Shown one piece after another: positions 9,205 to 10,412 of a DNA stretch of 10,412 nt. This DNA comes from Escherichia coli (lineage in GTDB: Bacteria; Pseudomonadota; Gammaproteobacteria; Enterobacterales; Enterobacteriaceae). Under the pieces are notes generated by a model. That model was given only the letters and a program-made list of their open reading frames with translations. It did no database searches and was not told the origin of the DNA. The translations under genes and the position numbers were made by a program. The stretch lies in assembly GCF_003334255.1 (NCBI RefSeq), contig NZ_QOWU01000084.1. One strand, written 5' to 3'. Each line of letters opens with the position of its first letter. Position 1 is the first letter of the stretch.

Positions 9205-10004
9205 TCCCATTCAGGAGCCAGACCTTCCGGGCTAACCAGGCGGTCGTTGCAATCCAGTGCGGCGATCGCTTTTTTATCTTCGGCATCAAGCTGTAAATTT
9301 TGTGCCTTAAGATTACTTTCCAGGTTTTTACGTTTAGTAGAAGAAGGAATTACTGAGTAACCTTCCCCCATAGCCCACGCCAGAATCACTTGTGCCGGAG
9401 TCGCATTGTGTTTAGCTGCGATACGAGCAATAACCTCATCTTTCAGGGCCTTACCATACGCCAGCGTCATATAGGAAGTAATATGGATGCCGTGCTGTTT
9501 AGCCCAGGCAACCACTTTACGGTTTTGCAGATAAGGAGAGAGTTCAATCTGGTTAGTAGCGATGTTTTCAGCACCAACAGCAGCAATCGCTTTTTCCATC
9601 AACGGGATCGTGAAGTTGGAAATACCGATCTCACGCGTCAGCCCTTGTTTTTTGGCTTCCAGCAGCGCCTGCATAAACTCTTCAACAGAGACTTCATCGT
9701 TTGGTGACGGCCAGTGGATTAGCGTCAGATCAACATAATCGGTACGCAATTTTTGCAGGCTCTCTTTCAGACTTGGGATCAATTTGTCTTTGCTGAGATT
9801 TTCAATCCAGATTTTAGTGGTGATGTAGAGTTCATGACGTGGCACGCCACTTTCTGCAATCGCCTGACCTACTGCGGCTTCGTTATCATAGATTTGTGCG
9901 GTATCAATTGCGCGATAACCAAGTTCAAGCGCCGTTATCACAGATGAAATAACAACGTCGTCTTTCAGACGGAAAGTACCTAAACCAAATGCAGGGATAG
10001 CCAT
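9201..10004 (-). CDS. dkgB: Aldo-keto reductase, 2,5-diketo-D-gluconate reductase B type (267 aa)
   Basis: ATG at 10004 with AAGAGG upstream on the minus strand; AKR catalytic tetrad context visible ([10 protein letters not shown] with Asp/Tyr, ITTKIW Lys, LIHWP His); NADPH-binding C-terminal region; stop overlaps the yafC stop within TTAA (9201-9204). Confidence 0.9.
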
Positions 10005-10126
10005 AATATGCCTCTTTTAATGCTATTTTCGTTAACTGAGGTGATTATGGGCTTCAGACTGTTGAGGAAAAAGAGCGTAAAATGCAGAGGATTTTTGCGA
10101 TTCTGGCAATAATAGATATACAGACG

Positions 10127-10154
10127 AAAAAAAACCTCGAGCGTTAACTCGAGG
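10127..10154 (-). terminator. Rho-independent terminator at the distal end of the rRNA operon (after tRNA-Asp aspU)
   Basis: Minus-strand transcript: CCUCGAG-UUAACG-CUCGAGG (7-bp perfect stem) followed by 8 U (plus-strand A-run 10127-10134), starting 13 nt beyond the tRNA 3' end. Confidence 0.75.
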
Positions 10155-10166
10155 CTTCTTAATAAG

Positions 10167-10243
10167 TGGCGGAACGGACGGGACTCGAACCCGCGACCCC
10201 CTGCGTGACAGGCAGGTATTCTAACCGACTGAACTACCGCTCC
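10167..10243 (-). tRNA. aspU: tRNA-Asp (anticodon GUC), 77 nt, distal tRNA of an rRNA operon
   Basis: Sequence identical to the copy at 2164-2240; sits 52 nt downstream (on the minus strand) of the 5S rRNA. Confidence 0.97.
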
Positions 10244-10295
10244 ACCGAATTCTTTTACAACCACCGGTTTTATGACCGGCTTACTGCTTAATTTG

Positions 10296-10412
10296 ATGCC
10301 TGGCAGTTCCCTACTCTCGCATGGGGAGACCCCACACTACCATCGGCGCTACGGCGTTTCACTTCTGAGTTCGGCATGGGGTCAGGTGGGACCACCGCGC
10401 TACTGCCGCCAG
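10296..10412 (-). rRNA. rrfH: 5S ribosomal RNA, partial (117 of 120 nt; the 5' three nucleotides lie beyond the window edge)
   Basis: Reverse complement of 10296-10412 matches E. coli 5S rRNA from GGCGGCAGUAGCGCGGUGGUCCCACCUGACCCCAUGCCGAACUCAGAAGUG... to ...GGGAACUGCCAGGCAU; the rrfH label rests on the neighbouring dkgB/yafC context (other rrn operons carry near-identical 5S genes). Confidence 0.95.

Noticed and set aside
9980-10264. ORF of 94 aa on the minus strand across tRNA-Asp (aspU) and the rRNA operon terminator
   Set aside because: Same artefact as above: it spans the tRNA and the terminator hairpin and has no independent coding evidence.

Overview
This window reads as the reverse complement of a well-known E. 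coli K-12-type chromosomal segment, and most of it is ordinary, densely packed core genome. Left to right: an AT-rich islet with two small membrane-protein genes (yafU, ykfM) and a lipoprotein gene (yafT); tRNA-Asp (aspV) on the minus strand with its own promoter and terminator; the divergent dnaQ/rnhA pair; yafS; gloB; mltD; the yafE-yafD operon; the divergent LysR-type regulator yafC; dkgB; then the distal end of an rRNA operon on the minus strand (terminator, tRNA-Asp aspU, and 117 of 120 nt of 5S rRNA at the window edge). Identities rest on reading catalytic and family motifs in the translations plus recognition of the tRNA and 5S sequences; no database search was run. I see no CRISPR array, IS element, integrase or phage gene. 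The only accessory-looking part is the AT-rich islet at 1..~2100 beside tRNA-Asp, and I did not find a convincing novel system there, only poorly characterised genes. Other points worth a second look: yafE appears to lack the first strand of its methyltransferase fold; a perfect palindrome sits in the yafC/yafD divergent promoter region; and two convergent gene pairs share a 4-bp TTAA stop overlap. The ORF track uses GTG as well as ATG starts, so several gene starts were re-derived.
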